A DNA stretch of 55,461 nt from a virus. Its lineage: Duplodnaviria > Caudoviricetes. Shown here in pieces: positions 44,394 through 54,179 of the stretch (positions are counted from its first letter, which is position 1; each line of letters starts with the position of its first letter). The notes beneath the pieces are model-generated. The model was not told the DNA's origin. It searched no databases and was given only the letters and a program-made list of their open reading frames with translations. The translations under genes and the position numbers were made by a program. Location of the stretch: positions 1 through 55,461 of the IMG/VR virus record IMGVR_UViG_3300024265_000005; one strand, given 5' to 3'.

Positions 44394-44963
44394 ATGGACC
44401 AGATACAAATTGTTTCTGGTGGTGGCAATGATATGGTCGGTGTCAATAGTAGAAATCAGTTGTTGACCCGAAGTATTGTTGTACCTGCCATTCACGAGGC
44501 TTCACTTCTCGGTAAAGCGTATTCGTGGACAGCTGTCAATGCTGATATTAACGCTGGTGACACTGCTCTGTTAGTAGCTAATCTTTCAGATGCAGAGGAT
44601 CTTGTTATTAGTCGGATGTATCTTTGGACGGATACAGCGGCTCAGATCAAGATTCATGTTCCTGCGTACGCTGCGTTTGACGGAACGGTAGTTGTTGGAA
44701 ATAATCTAAACCGTAACTTCGCAAACAACGCACCTGCTTTAGCTCACGCTGATGACGATCAAAATGCTTTTGTTGCAGGTAATGTGATTGAGACAGTTTA
44801 CTCACAAGTGTCAGTTAACGGTCAGGTTACTACGGCAGTTGGTGTTCCCATTGATTTCATGGATGCTTTGATTCTGGGACAAAATGACGTTGTTGCAGCT
44901 GATCTTATAACGGAGACTGGAGCATTTGAAATAACTATAGTTGGTTACTTTATTCCAAAATAA
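44394..44963 (+). CDS. Virion structural protein, paralog B1
   Basis: IHEASLLG.AYSWTAVNAD shared with 45284-45859. Confidence 0.65.
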   Translation: MDQIQIVSGGGNDMVGVNSRNQLLTRSIVVPAIHEASLLGKAYSWTAVNADINAGDTALLVANLSDAEDLVISRMYLWTDTAAQIKIHVPAYAAFDGTVVVGNNLNRNFANNAPALAHADDDQNAFVAGNVIETVYSQVSVNGQVTTAVGVPIDFMDALILGQNDVVAADLITETGAFEITIVGYFIPK

Positions 44964-44988
44964 GTGTGCCTCCTTCAGAAACGGCTTT

Positions 44989-45023
44989 GGCGGTTGAGCC
45001 GGGAAAATTAACCGTCGCCTTTT
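44989..45023 (+). terminator. Possible terminator
   Basis: ggcggttga / ttaaccgtc stem followed by gcctttt. Confidence 0.45.
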
Positions 45024-45047
45024 GAATTGTAATTTGAGTCAGAAAGG

Positions 45048-45269
45048 ATGTGTGACATGATAATAAGCCAATTGCTAATTGAAGTGACAAGCACAGGTAT
45101 AATAACAGACTGGGCATCATTATGTCCTTCAAATTTGAAAGTGCCAGTTTTCTGCAAAAGGATAGTAGAGTTGCTTGTTCGATTACCTGATCACGTCTGT
45201 ATGATAAAAGTTCCTGGAACAAATTATACGATTGATCGAAATGATATCGAGTCAGTCAAAGTAAGCTAA
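45048..45269 (+). CDS. Hypothetical protein
   Basis: 73 aa ORF between the B paralogs. Confidence 0.5.
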   Translation: MCDMIISQLLIEVTSTGIITDWASLCPSNLKVPVFCKRIVELLVRLPDHVCMIKVPGTNYTIDRNDIESVKVS

Positions 45270-45283
45270 GAAAGGGATTCAAG

Positions 45284-45859
45284 ATGGAACAGATGCAAAT
45301 AGCTTCAGGATCGGCTACATATCTTGCCGAAGTTAACGCTCGAAGACAATTGCTAACACGAAGTATTAAAGTGTCAGCTATCCATGAAGCTTCGTTGTTA
45401 GGTCGTGCGTATTCTTGGACAGCTGTCAATGCAGACCTTGGTATCAATGACACTGCTTTGCTGGTATCAAACACTTCCAACACTATGAACTTGGTTATAC
45501 AACGAGCATATATTTGGGTTGATATTGCAACTCAAGTTCAGATTCATCTTCCTGTTCCCGGAATATATACAGGAACAGCCGTTGTTGGTGTTAATCTGAA
45601 TCGCAATTATGCCAACAATGCACCTGCGGTTGCTTTTGTTAACGAAACTGTCAACGCTCTAGTTGCCGCACAGGTTATTGAATCACTTTATATTCGTCTT
45701 GATACAAATGGCGAAATTACTACAGCTGCAGGTGTTCCTGTCGATTTTAAAGGTGGGTTGATTCTTGGTACGAATGATGCGATTGCTATTGACATTTCAA
45801 CTGAACCGACAGGATTTGAAGCGACGATAGTTGGGTATTTTGTTCCTAAAGAGGGGTAA
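45284..45859 (+). CDS. Virion structural protein, paralog B2
   Basis: Collinear similarity to 44394-44963. Confidence 0.65.
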   Translation: MEQMQIASGSATYLAEVNARRQLLTRSIKVSAIHEASLLGRAYSWTAVNADLGINDTALLVSNTSNTMNLVIQRAYIWVDIATQVQIHLPVPGIYTGTAVVGVNLNRNYANNAPAVAFVNETVNALVAAQVIESLYIRLDTNGEITTAAGVPVDFKGGLILGTNDAIAIDISTEPTGFEATIVGYFVPKEG

Positions 45860-45860
45860 C

Positions 45861-46757
45861 ATGGCAGCGTCAGGGAATTACATAGTCGAGGCGGATGTGG
45901 ATAACTGGCCAGTTGTAATTGATGCGTCAGAAACTTTTGCGACTACTGATGTAGATACTGCTAATGACCGAATCACTGTTGTCAACGACATTCCTACAGG
46001 TACGGAGTTGAAGTTTAGTTCAACCGGTGTCATACCTGCTCCGCTTGTAACTGGAGTGGTCTATTACGCTATACGCGTAGACGCAACCCATATTGAAGTG
46101 GCTACAACTCCGGTTACGGCGGCAGCAGGAACAGCAATTGACCTTACGGATGACGGCTCAGGAACACACACGTTAGATATTGGCAGCGGTAGTAGCGAGA
46201 CTGATCGTCAAGCAATAATTGATCGAGCAGAACAGTTTGTTGAAAATCTTACTAAGGATTATTTCTACTCCAAGACTTTCAGCATCTATAGAGATGGAAA
46301 TGGGCAGGATCAACTCACGCTTAACCTACAGCCTTATATTCTTACCGTCACTGAGATACTACTTCATGGTATCGCCATAAACACTAGTTGGTGGACTTAC
46401 AATGTTAATTCGGTTTATCTTGATCCAGAATCTGCAACTGGGGGCATTGATGATCCAGAATTGCTCTTGAGATTGAAAGGTAAAAGAGGGTTATTTTCCA
46501 AGGGAATAAACAATATCAAGGTTACCGGTACGTATGGGTACACTGCTTGTCCATCGGCAATCAAACGTGCAACTATAATTCTTTGTCGTTATGAGAACGA
46601 TGAAACGCTTTACACTGCTTACGATGACGTTGTTTCTGACAAACTGGATGATGCTGCTTATAGCCGTGGAACTAAAAAATTCCTTACCGGCATTCACGAG
46701 GCGGACAAATTTATTCGAAACTATATTCGCAAGAAGCCCATGCTCGGAGTTATTTGA
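45861..46757 (+). CDS. Head-tail connector/adaptor with inserted beta domain
   Basis: YI..ADV, I.RAEQFVE..T...F, NIKVTGTYGY..CPSAIKRA motifs. Confidence 0.75.
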   Translation: MAASGNYIVEADVDNWPVVIDASETFATTDVDTANDRITVVNDIPTGTELKFSSTGVIPAPLVTGVVYYAIRVDATHIEVATTPVTAAAGTAIDLTDDGSGTHTLDIGSGSSETDRQAIIDRAEQFVENLTKDYFYSKTFSIYRDGNGQDQLTLNLQPYILTVTEILLHGIAINTSWWTYNVNSVYLDPESATGGIDDPELLLRLKGKRGLFSKGINNIKVTGTYGYTACPSAIKRATIILCRYENDETLYTAYDDVVSDKLDDAAYSRGTKKFLTGIHEADKFIRNYIRKKPMLGVI

Positions 46758-47065
46758 TGCAAAATAATTCAAAAGTCAATATTCTTAGGATAGCAAAAGC
46801 AAGCAATGGTATGGGAGGTTGGACTGAAGCTGAAAATGTTTCACATAACAATCTGCCTTGTCGAATTGTTTGGAAGAAAGGTTCTGAAAAGATCCAGTTT
46901 AGCAAGGACACACATTATCGTGATGCTAAATTATTTTGTAGGATTGTTGATGTTACAACAAGAGACAGGGTCGTATATGAAAGCAAGAAATATGAAATAG
47001 TTGATGTTAGTAATCCTGATAACAAGAACAAGCGGTTGGTGTTGGATTTGAAATTGATAGAATGA
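46754..47065 (+). CDS. Head closure / head-tail joining protein
   Basis: NGMGGW.E, DRVVY...YEI..V..PD; position. Confidence 0.8.
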   Translation: MMQNNSKVNILRIAKASNGMGGWTEAENVSHNNLPCRIVWKKGSEKIQFSKDTHYRDAKLFCRIVDVTTRDRVVYESKKYEIVDVSNPDNKNKRLVLDLKLIE

Positions 47066-47604
47066 CCATGAAACAAGAAAAGAAACTTGACAGCTTAATC
47101 AATCAGGTTGTCAAGGTGATCAGTGAATTGCATGAACTTGAAATGACGTTTAGCCGATTGAAAAATGAAAGCGAAGAATTGTTGCGAAAACTGTTAACCA
47201 AAAAAATGGCTAAAATAGAAGACCATACCAGAGACGTGTTGTGTGAAGTCGATAAAAGGATTAGCAAGAAGCTTAAAATTGCGGCTTTAATGGTTGAACG
47301 TACAGCCAGATCCAAAGGCTACTGTCCTGTGCTGACAGGTACGGCACGACGTAGTATATTATCGAATTGGTACGGTGCAGTTGGTTCACGCAGTTTTATG
47401 TGGCCAGCAGATCCAAAGAAAGGGATCAGAGCAGGTAAAACTGAAATTGAAAGTCAAGCTAAAAAGCAAGCTATAATCGGAAGTAACATCGAATACTTTC
47501 CATATATTGAATTAGGAACAAGTAAGATGGCTGCCAGATCGCCTCTGCGACGAGCACTGGAAGCTAACACAGCTGAAATTCAGAGATTGTTTAACTCACT
47601 ATGA
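47062..47604 (+). CDS. HK97 gp10-like tail completion protein
   Basis: CPVLTG.ARRSI, GSNIEY.PYIELGTSKMAA.S.LR.A. Confidence 0.85.
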   Translation: MTMKQEKKLDSLINQVVKVISELHELEMTFSRLKNESEELLRKLLTKKMAKIEDHTRDVLCEVDKRISKKLKIAALMVERTARSKGYCPVLTGTARRSILSNWYGAVGSRSFMWPADPKKGIRAGKTEIESQAKKQAIIGSNIEYFPYIELGTSKMAARSPLRRALEANTAEIQRLFNSL

Positions 47605-47990
47605 AAACACTTTTTCAAGCTATTTACGCGACATACGAAGCAAGCGATTTAGCAGCTTCGTTGACGGGCTTGTACAACACGCAAGCTCCTGCTGATGCTG
47701 TATTCCCATATAGTGTGTATACGCTCGTTAGTAACGTGCAAGATTTTACTTTCACAGAAAATTTCGAAGACTGCCTTGTGCAGTTCAGCTTGTTCAGTGA
47801 TGTCATGTCAGACTCAACACAAGTTTGTGATTTGTTCGAGTTGCTTAAAACAGCATTCGATTTTTTGTTGGACTTAGGAGTAGCAGGGTACGCAACCATC
47901 AGCATCGTTAGAGAGATTGCTAATCTCATCAAAGAAAAAAACGTTTGGCATTATGCTGTGACTTATCGAATATTGTTACAAGAAGATTAG
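47601..47990 (+). CDS. Tail terminator (DUF3168-like)
   Basis: AP..AVFPY.VY, VQFSLFS; position. Confidence 0.75.
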   Translation: MKTLFQAIYATYEASDLAASLTGLYNTQAPADAVFPYSVYTLVSNVQDFTFTENFEDCLVQFSLFSDVMSDSTQVCDLFELLKTAFDFLLDLGVAGYATISIVREIANLIKEKNVWHYAVTYRILLQED

Positions 47991-48001
47991 GAGATACGAT
48001 T

Positions 48002-48736
48002 ATGACTGTGAAAGCAGGTTGGAAAGGTGCCGTGTATATTGGAGGTACAAAGATTGGTGGTTCGACGTCCTGGACCTATTCAGGTGAAACTCGCAACATG
48101 CAGGACATCGACGAGTTTCAAGACGAAATTGTCAAACAGTTGCCGTTGCAGATCGTCGGCGGTGATATCGAGATCACTGGCAACTACCTCTTGGATACAG
48201 ATGTCGGCCAGAAGTTGCTCAAGACTAATTTCGATGCCAAAACAGAGATGGATAACGTTCAGTTGCATACCGATTATTCTACGATTTACTTGGTACCGGA
48301 TGGTAGTTCGCATTGCGTCATTACCAAGGTTAACGCTACTGGTACGGACAAGAGTGGCGTTGGTACATTCAGTTGTACGATGCATGTCAATGGCCAGCTT
48401 GAGCAAGCAGGTAGCACCACTGTTGTAACCTTTGATACGGTCGGTGTTCACAACGTTTCCGCTACTGAAGCTGAATTTATTGGTAGGCTTCTCCATGCAG
48501 GCGGACTCGGCGATATCACTTGTTACTTCGAGTATGGTACAACTGTTGCTTATGGTACCGATACATCTGGTACAGCCGACGTGATGGATGCTGCTGCAAT
48601 AGTTCTCGGCGGACTGTTCGAGCAAACGTCGGCCTTACTGGTGACGGCTACGCTGTATCACTGGCGTATACATGCAACGCATACCGCTGGTGCTGTACAT
48701 GTTGTCGGACCTGATCAAACGTTTACTACACCGTAA
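48002..48736 (+). CDS. Major tail tube protein with C-terminal Ig/FN3-like domain
   Basis: AGWKGAVYIG..., YFEYGTT.AYG, TLYHWR, DQTFTT; position. Confidence 0.75.
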   Translation: MTVKAGWKGAVYIGGTKIGGSTSWTYSGETRNMQDIDEFQDEIVKQLPLQIVGGDIEITGNYLLDTDVGQKLLKTNFDAKTEMDNVQLHTDYSTIYLVPDGSSHCVITKVNATGTDKSGVGTFSCTMHVNGQLEQAGSTTVVTFDTVGVHNVSATEAEFIGRLLHAGGLGDITCYFEYGTTVAYGTDTSGTADVMDAAAIVLGGLFEQTSALLVTATLYHWRIHATHTAGAVHVVGPDQTFTTP

Positions 48737-48849
48737 GTGCAGCCTAAGCGTTTTATTGCATTTTTGAGGCAATGGGTCCGATGCGATGCGATATCATGCT
48801 AGGCTCGTGGCTAGGTGGCTAGAATTGAAGATTGAAAGGAGTATTACGA

Positions 48850-49275
48850 ATGCCATTTTTTGACATAAAGAGCAAAAATGAATGGTGCTATTTTGACTCT
48901 GCAAAAGAAGCGCTTGGCGGAGTATGCTTGCGAGTACCGACAGCCGAGGAAACTGAGCGGATTGAGAAGTTAACTGTTGCCGTCAAGAAGAAGTTCAAAC
49001 GTGGGGTATGGCGTGAGGACAAGACGACAAATACCGAACTGGCTTCGAAGTTGATGTGGGATTTTTGCATCGTCGACTGGAAGGAAGTTGTTCTCGACAA
49101 AGATGCACCTCCAGCAGAGTGTACAAGTGAGAACAAAGTCCGTGCGGTAAAGAACTGGGAATTCTTAAGGTTCGTCAACGATAAGTTGGATGAACTGATG
49201 GAAGCAGATACTGCAATTGAAGAGGCGCGAGCAAAAAACTTAAAGGATTCATCAGATGGCGATGTCGACCTTTAG
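48850..49275 (+). CDS. Tail assembly chaperone (gpG-like)
   Basis: IVDWK.V motif; between tail tube and tape measure; ends with a slippery site. Confidence 0.8.
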   Translation: MPFFDIKSKNEWCYFDSAKEALGGVCLRVPTAEETERIEKLTVAVKKKFKRGVWREDKTTNTELASKLMWDFCIVDWKEVVLDKDAPPAECTSENKVRAVKNWEFLRFVNDKLDELMEADTAIEEARAKNLKDSSDGDVDL

Positions 49276-49559
49276 ACTGTCCTGGTTGCGTCGATCTTTA
49301 TCTAGGTCAACTTAGGGAACCGCCATGTGATGAGTGTCATGTAGAACTTGATCCAGCTAATGCTGAAACGGTAAGGATCTACATGTTAGTTCATGACCAA
49401 GTACGCGTAGCGTCTTCGGGCGATATAATAGGACTAGATTATGGTGCAGTGTTAGATGTTGTAAAGTTTTATGTTGCTGATAGCGATGTTAAAAGAATCT
49501 TTGAGAACGTCATAATGTGTGGCCAGATTGAACAAGAATTCAGTAAGGAAAACGAATAA
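49233..49559 (+). CDS. -1 frameshift extension of the tail chaperone (gpGT-like), not in the ORF track
   Basis: A AAA AAC heptamer at 49233-49239 in correct phase; -1 frame open to TAA 49557-49559; contains IGLDY motif. Confidence 0.8.
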   Translation, partial: KKLKGFIRWRCRPLDCPGCVDLYLGQLREPPCDECHVELDPANAETVRIYMLVHDQVRVASSGDIIGLDYGAVLDVVKFYVADSDVKRIFENVIMCGQIEQEFSKENE

Positions 49560-51715
49560 TGAATTTTCTTACGGCTGACGTTGCTATAAAAGTTGAAGAC
49601 AAACAATTGCCTGCTCAGCTTGCTAAGGTGAAATCTACCGTTACAAGAACGGTGGATAAAATTAAAACATCTTTCAAGAAGATGTCAGCTTCTTTCAAAG
49701 CTGCTTTCGATAAAATAGTGAAAGTAGCGAAATGGGCAGCGCTTGCCATTGCAGGTAGTTTAGCATTTGCTTCAAGAGCGGCTATGAGACAAGAAGATGC
49801 TATTTTCGGATTAGTAGCTGCTCTGAAGGTAGCTGGAGAATACACTCCTCAAGTTACGAAAAGATTGACTGATTTTGCTTCAGCTATGCAGAAAATTACT
49901 ATCTTTGGAGATGAAGCCACAATTGAACAAATGGCATATGCTTCTGCACTTGGAGTAAGTGCTGATAAAATGGAAGAAGCAATGAAAGCTGCAATGGGAC
50001 TTGCCGTCATTACCAAGAGTCTAGAAACGGCCACGATGTTAGTTGCTCGCGCTGCTGGCGGTCAAACTTCAATGTTGACTCGTTATGGCATAATGCTTGA
50101 TGAAACTTTATCACCACAGGAAAAATTCAATGCTTTGCTAAAAAAAGGAGCAGAACTTTTTGACCTTGCAACCGCTAAAGCTGAAACAACCTCAGGCGCA
50201 CTGAAACAAATGTGGAATGCGATTGGAGATGTTGCCGAAGTAATCGGAGCAGCTTTGTTGCCAGGAATAAAAGCAGCAGGGACATCAATCAAAGAGTGGT
50301 CGGAAAGAAACCAGGAACAAATAGGTCGTTGGGCTGAAATTGTTGTAGCCCATATTACTTTTGTGAAAGATATTTTCACCAGTTTTGTCCTTTATCTTGT
50401 CGGGGATTGGATGTCCGGATTGAGCTTTACTTTGAACATTGCTATCGAATTGTTCAGAGGTTTTGGAAATGCCCTTGTTGCTACTGTAGACTACGCTATT
50501 GATAAGATTATAGCAACAACTGGGACAAAATTGATAGGTGGTTTGACAGATAAAATAGACTGGGCAATTGCGTACATGCAAAAAAAGTGGGAGATGGGCA
50601 TTCTCTATATGACTGCCAGCCAAAAGAAAGCAGCCAGAGCATACGCAGATGAAATCGTAGCTGGCATGAGGAAAACACGAAGTATGCAAGGTGAACTTGC
50701 AGTTGAACCATTGTCTGGCAGACTGAAAAAAGTTACATCAGGGGTTGCTCAAAGTATAGAGGAACTTACTCCTCCAGAAATGGCACAAAATTGGGATGCA
50801 GCATTAAGTGTTTTGCAGGATCGTCTGGCAGGGATAGATAAAGGAGCTGAAGCTGCAACTAAGACATTAGAAGGGTTAAGCAGTGTAGGCAAGCAAGCTC
50901 AAGCTGAGATCGTCGCAATTGAAATGCTCTTAGCAGAAAATGCGCAGCAGATTGCTGCAAACAATGTGAAACTTGCAGAGGAAGCAGCTAAAAAAATAAG
51001 TAGTGCTCGCTTAAAGTGGGCACAAGAAAGCATCGACCAAATCCGCAGTTTAGATATGAAGACTCACACTGAGCGATTGCAACTGATGGATGAGTTGATG
51101 GAAAGAAAGCATGAAGACTGGGCCGAAACATCTGAAGCGATGGCTCTGTTGGCTGAGGAGCGAAAAAGATATGCGGACCAACACAAAGAAGGTTGGGAAG
51201 CTGTTAGGCAGACGATGAGTATATGGTTCCAGGACGCTTCTAATTGGGGTAAGAACCTGGGCAACATTCTGACAAATGCTTTTGATCGTGCCGCTGACTC
51301 GTTTGCTGATATGCTTATGAAACAAAAGGTGGATTGGAAAGCCTTTGGAGTTATGTTTATCAAAGAGTTAATTGCAATGATTATTAAGTTGCAAATGGCT
51401 ATAATTCTTCAAGCTATATTGGAAAAGAGGGCACCTAATATACCAAGTGGACCGATAGGACCAACAGCTTCTGGCGGTAATATTCAACAAGCGGCCGAGG
51501 GCGGGCACGTCGCAGAGTCGGGCCTTGCAGTAATCCACAAGGGAGAGGACATCATCCCGGCAGGTGGAAGTGGCTTGACTGTAAATGTAATCGACAACGT
51601 CGGAGTCGGTGTCGCCGTTGAAGAAAATCAGGATGAACGAACATACAGTGTGATCTTAACTGCTTTAAGTGGTGACGGTCCTTTGAGGAGAGCTGTTAAA
51701 CAAGCGGCGAGATAA
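49559..51715 (+). CDS. Tape measure protein
   Basis: 718 aa helical Ala-rich protein; T.FGDE, LTRYGI; C-terminal IHKGEDIIP. Confidence 0.9.
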   Translation: MNFLTADVAIKVEDKQLPAQLAKVKSTVTRTVDKIKTSFKKMSASFKAAFDKIVKVAKWAALAIAGSLAFASRAAMRQEDAIFGLVAALKVAGEYTPQVTKRLTDFASAMQKITIFGDEATIEQMAYASALGVSADKMEEAMKAAMGLAVITKSLETATMLVARAAGGQTSMLTRYGIMLDETLSPQEKFNALLKKGAELFDLATAKAETTSGALKQMWNAIGDVAEVIGAALLPGIKAAGTSIKEWSERNQEQIGRWAEIVVAHITFVKDIFTSFVLYLVGDWMSGLSFTLNIAIELFRGFGNALVATVDYAIDKIIATTGTKLIGGLTDKIDWAIAYMQKKWEMGILYMTASQKKAARAYADEIVAGMRKTRSMQGELAVEPLSGRLKKVTSGVAQSIEELTPPEMAQNWDAALSVLQDRLAGIDKGAEAATKTLEGLSSVGKQAQAEIVAIEMLLAENAQQIAANNVKLAEEAAKKISSARLKWAQESIDQIRSLDMKTHTERLQLMDELMERKHEDWAETSEAMALLAEERKRYADQHKEGWEAVRQTMSIWFQDASNWGKNLGNILTNAFDRAADSFADMLMKQKVDWKAFGVMFIKELIAMIIKLQMAIILQAILEKRAPNIPSGPIGPTASGGNIQQAAEGGHVAESGLAVIHKGEDIIPAGGSGLTVNVIDNVGVGVAVEENQDERTYSVILTALSGDGPLRRAVKQAAR

Positions 51716-51717
51716 CA

Positions 51718-52080
51718 ATGGCTACGTTTCCAGTACTCACACGAAAAGGAAGTAAAGCCGGTTACTTAGAGGTACACAGTAAAGATGCGGTGCATGTGGC
51801 GAGTAAAGCCTCAGGTCTACCCGTAGTTAACAAACTGTTCACGTTCGATCCGATGACGTGGAAGTATAGTCTCAAGCTGGTTACGAATGCAGATAAGGCT
51901 ACTTTGATGACGTTCTATAATGCGAACGAGGACGTTCCGTTCGACTGGTTTAATCCACAAGATGGCAATACTTACGAAGTGATATTCAACATGCCGCCAC
52001 AATGCATAATGGATGGATCAGACGGCACGAATATATATTGGAAGATTGTATTGAATTTAACGCAATATTCACCTTTATAG
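51718..52080 (+). CDS. Distal tail protein (gpM-like)
   Basis: L.TFY......PFDW.NP....YEV.F; follows tape measure. Confidence 0.7.
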   Translation: MATFPVLTRKGSKAGYLEVHSKDAVHVASKASGLPVVNKLFTFDPMTWKYSLKLVTNADKATLMTFYNANEDVPFDWFNPQDGNTYEVIFNMPPQCIMDGSDGTNIYWKIVLNLTQYSPL

Positions 52081-52090
52081 GAGCAGAGCT

Positions 52091-52492
52091 ATGGCATCGA
52101 ACTTAGCATTGTACGCCGAGAATAAGGTACTTGAATTACTTGTAGGCAAGACAGCTTTCGCCACACCTACTACATACATTGGGTTGTTCACCGGCATACC
52201 CGATGAAGACGGGGCTGGCGGAACAGAAGCTTCGTTAGGTAACTACGAGCGTAAATCAACTGCTGGTGCAGACTGGGCTGCTGCCGCCGCCGGAGCTATT
52301 ACCACCGCTAACGACCTCACGTTCATCGAGGCTGCCGCAGCTGCATGGGGCTTAATCGTAGGTATTGGTATTTGGGATGCAGCTTCCGCTGGTAATATGA
52401 TATTCTGGATGCCTCTGGACGATAATAAGCAAGTTGACATCGGTGATACGTTCAGACTTGAAGCTGGTGAAATTGACATAACAGCTGCGTAA
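52091..52492 (+). CDS. Tail-associated structural protein
   Basis: YIGLFT..P...GTE...NY.R, WG......IWDAASAGN motifs seen in phage tail proteins. Confidence 0.7.
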   Translation: MASNLALYAENKVLELLVGKTAFATPTTYIGLFTGIPDEDGAGGTEASLGNYERKSTAGADWAAAAAGAITTANDLTFIEAAAAAWGLIVGIGIWDAASAGNMIFWMPLDDNKQVDIGDTFRLEAGEIDITAA

Positions 52493-52503
52493 GGAGAAGT
52501 GAG

Positions 52504-53730
52504 ATGGCTAACGACTTTTACGGCGCCATTAGTTTGACAGGTGGTACAGAAGGTGCCTTGGATAATATCGACGGCACAGACTTGGCTGACGGCGACGGCG
52601 CGGTTGTTATCACGGCTACACACAATTACGTTTATATATTGGACGACGATTCTGCGGCTGGCGAGTCTTCACCTGATATTATTGAGCCTGATGCCAACGG
52701 AGGAACTAAGCGATGGATACTGGTGGCGATGTCCGATCAGGATGTGTCCAAGCTATCTGTACCTACGCACGCCGGAATTAACTTAGAGGATTCTGGCCTT
52801 ACAAACCCACTGACCAGCCTTTTTTATACCATCAACACTTGGTTTCAAGTTACTCAAGAAATAGATAACCAGGGGGGTGCGAACCTCAGAGCCATCTCCA
52901 CGAACTCCGCCGCAACTGGCCCAATACGTATCCAGGGAGTTTTTGGTGAAAGTAATCCCGTCGACGCTGTTCCTGCTGTCGTATTAGATGGTTCAAAAAG
53001 AGCTGGAACCTCATGGGTCGCTCTAGGTGCGGCAGAGACGGTACTCCAAATTAAGAGTATTGCAAGTATTTTTGCCACCGTTCTCGGGAATGGATATACA
53101 GGCTTCGGCACTGTTATCCCAGCTGCAAAAATTCACGTTGTTGGTGATGCACGTATTGGAGATCAGGCTACAAATTATACACAATTTTCGGCTACTGGTG
53201 TTCAAACGATGGCAGGCACCGCTAGAATTAACCAACATTTCAGAATAGGTGCTTCATCGTTCTTTAAGAAAGACAACCCGCCTGAAAACGACCTTGTGGG
53301 TATCATACCGGTTTTGAAATTTGATGCTGGTGTTACTGATGAGCAAGCTTATTACAGTGATATTGTGCCGTTCAAAATGCTCGCAGGTAGTGCTATTGTA
53401 GCGTCGGTAGACTGGTGTTACGAAGGCGGTGCAGACGCTGGCACAGTAGTGTGGGGAATCGAGTTTATTAACGTAGCGACTGGTGAAGCAGTCGCTGGAG
53501 GGACTACCACCATTACAGGTAAATCAGCAGGTACACACACTAGTGGTGCATTGGTTAGCACAGCAATAGACGACGTGGCTAACATCACCGGAGCAGTCGC
53601 AGACGACGTCTTAGCTCTTAGAGTTTTCAGAGATTCAAGCGACGGGGTGAACGATACCTTGGCGGTTGACGCTTGTCTTGTTCAAGTTCATCTACACTTT
53701 ATAATGGATAAACTGGGTGAAGCAACTTAA
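52504..53730 (+). CDS. Tail fibre / virion protein
   Basis: GFGT..PAAKIHVVG fibre repeat; beta-rich C-terminal domain. Confidence 0.65.
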   Translation: MANDFYGAISLTGGTEGALDNIDGTDLADGDGAVVITATHNYVYILDDDSAAGESSPDIIEPDANGGTKRWILVAMSDQDVSKLSVPTHAGINLEDSGLTNPLTSLFYTINTWFQVTQEIDNQGGANLRAISTNSAATGPIRIQGVFGESNPVDAVPAVVLDGSKRAGTSWVALGAAETVLQIKSIASIFATVLGNGYTGFGTVIPAAKIHVVGDARIGDQATNYTQFSATGVQTMAGTARINQHFRIGASSFFKKDNPPENDLVGIIPVLKFDAGVTDEQAYYSDIVPFKMLAGSAIVASVDWCYEGGADAGTVVWGIEFINVATGEAVAGGTTTITGKSAGTHTSGALVSTAIDDVANITGAVADDVLALRVFRDSSDGVNDTLAVDACLVQVHLHFIMDKLGEAT

Positions 53731-53765
53731 CAGGAACTCTATACTCTAATTAAGGAATAGTAACT

Positions 53766-54179
53766 ATGGCTGACACAGGATATAATTGGGGCGCATGGAC
53801 GCAGTGCGGAGTCGAGGCAGTAGTCTTGACCGTGGCTGGCACGATTCTCGAAGTTAGCGACGAGATTGATCTTGATAACATAGCGGCGTGTGAAGTATCT
53901 ATCGCCGCGACTTATTCGGATCACGTTAAAGCTACAGGTGGACTTGAAATAAGTATTCTCGCCGACAATAACGGAACGTGGCAGGAACAAGCTGACGTAG
54001 GTGCAGGGATAGAAATGCTCTTTACTCAGAACGATACGAGACTATTTAACTTTCCTGTTGATCCGAAATATTTTGGCAAGTTTAAAGTCAATCATGATTG
54101 GAACAATACCACCGGGAGCTCTACTGCAACTATTACAACCAGGTACAGGACAGCAACGGTTCCACCGGCAAGTGTATAA
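53766..54179 (+). CDS. Virion-associated beta-sandwich protein
   Basis: 137 aa in the tail module. Confidence 0.6.
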   Translation: MADTGYNWGAWTQCGVEAVVLTVAGTILEVSDEIDLDNIAACEVSIAATYSDHVKATGGLEISILADNNGTWQEQADVGAGIEMLFTQNDTRLFNFPVDPKYFGKFKVNHDWNNTTGSSTATITTRYRTATVPPASV

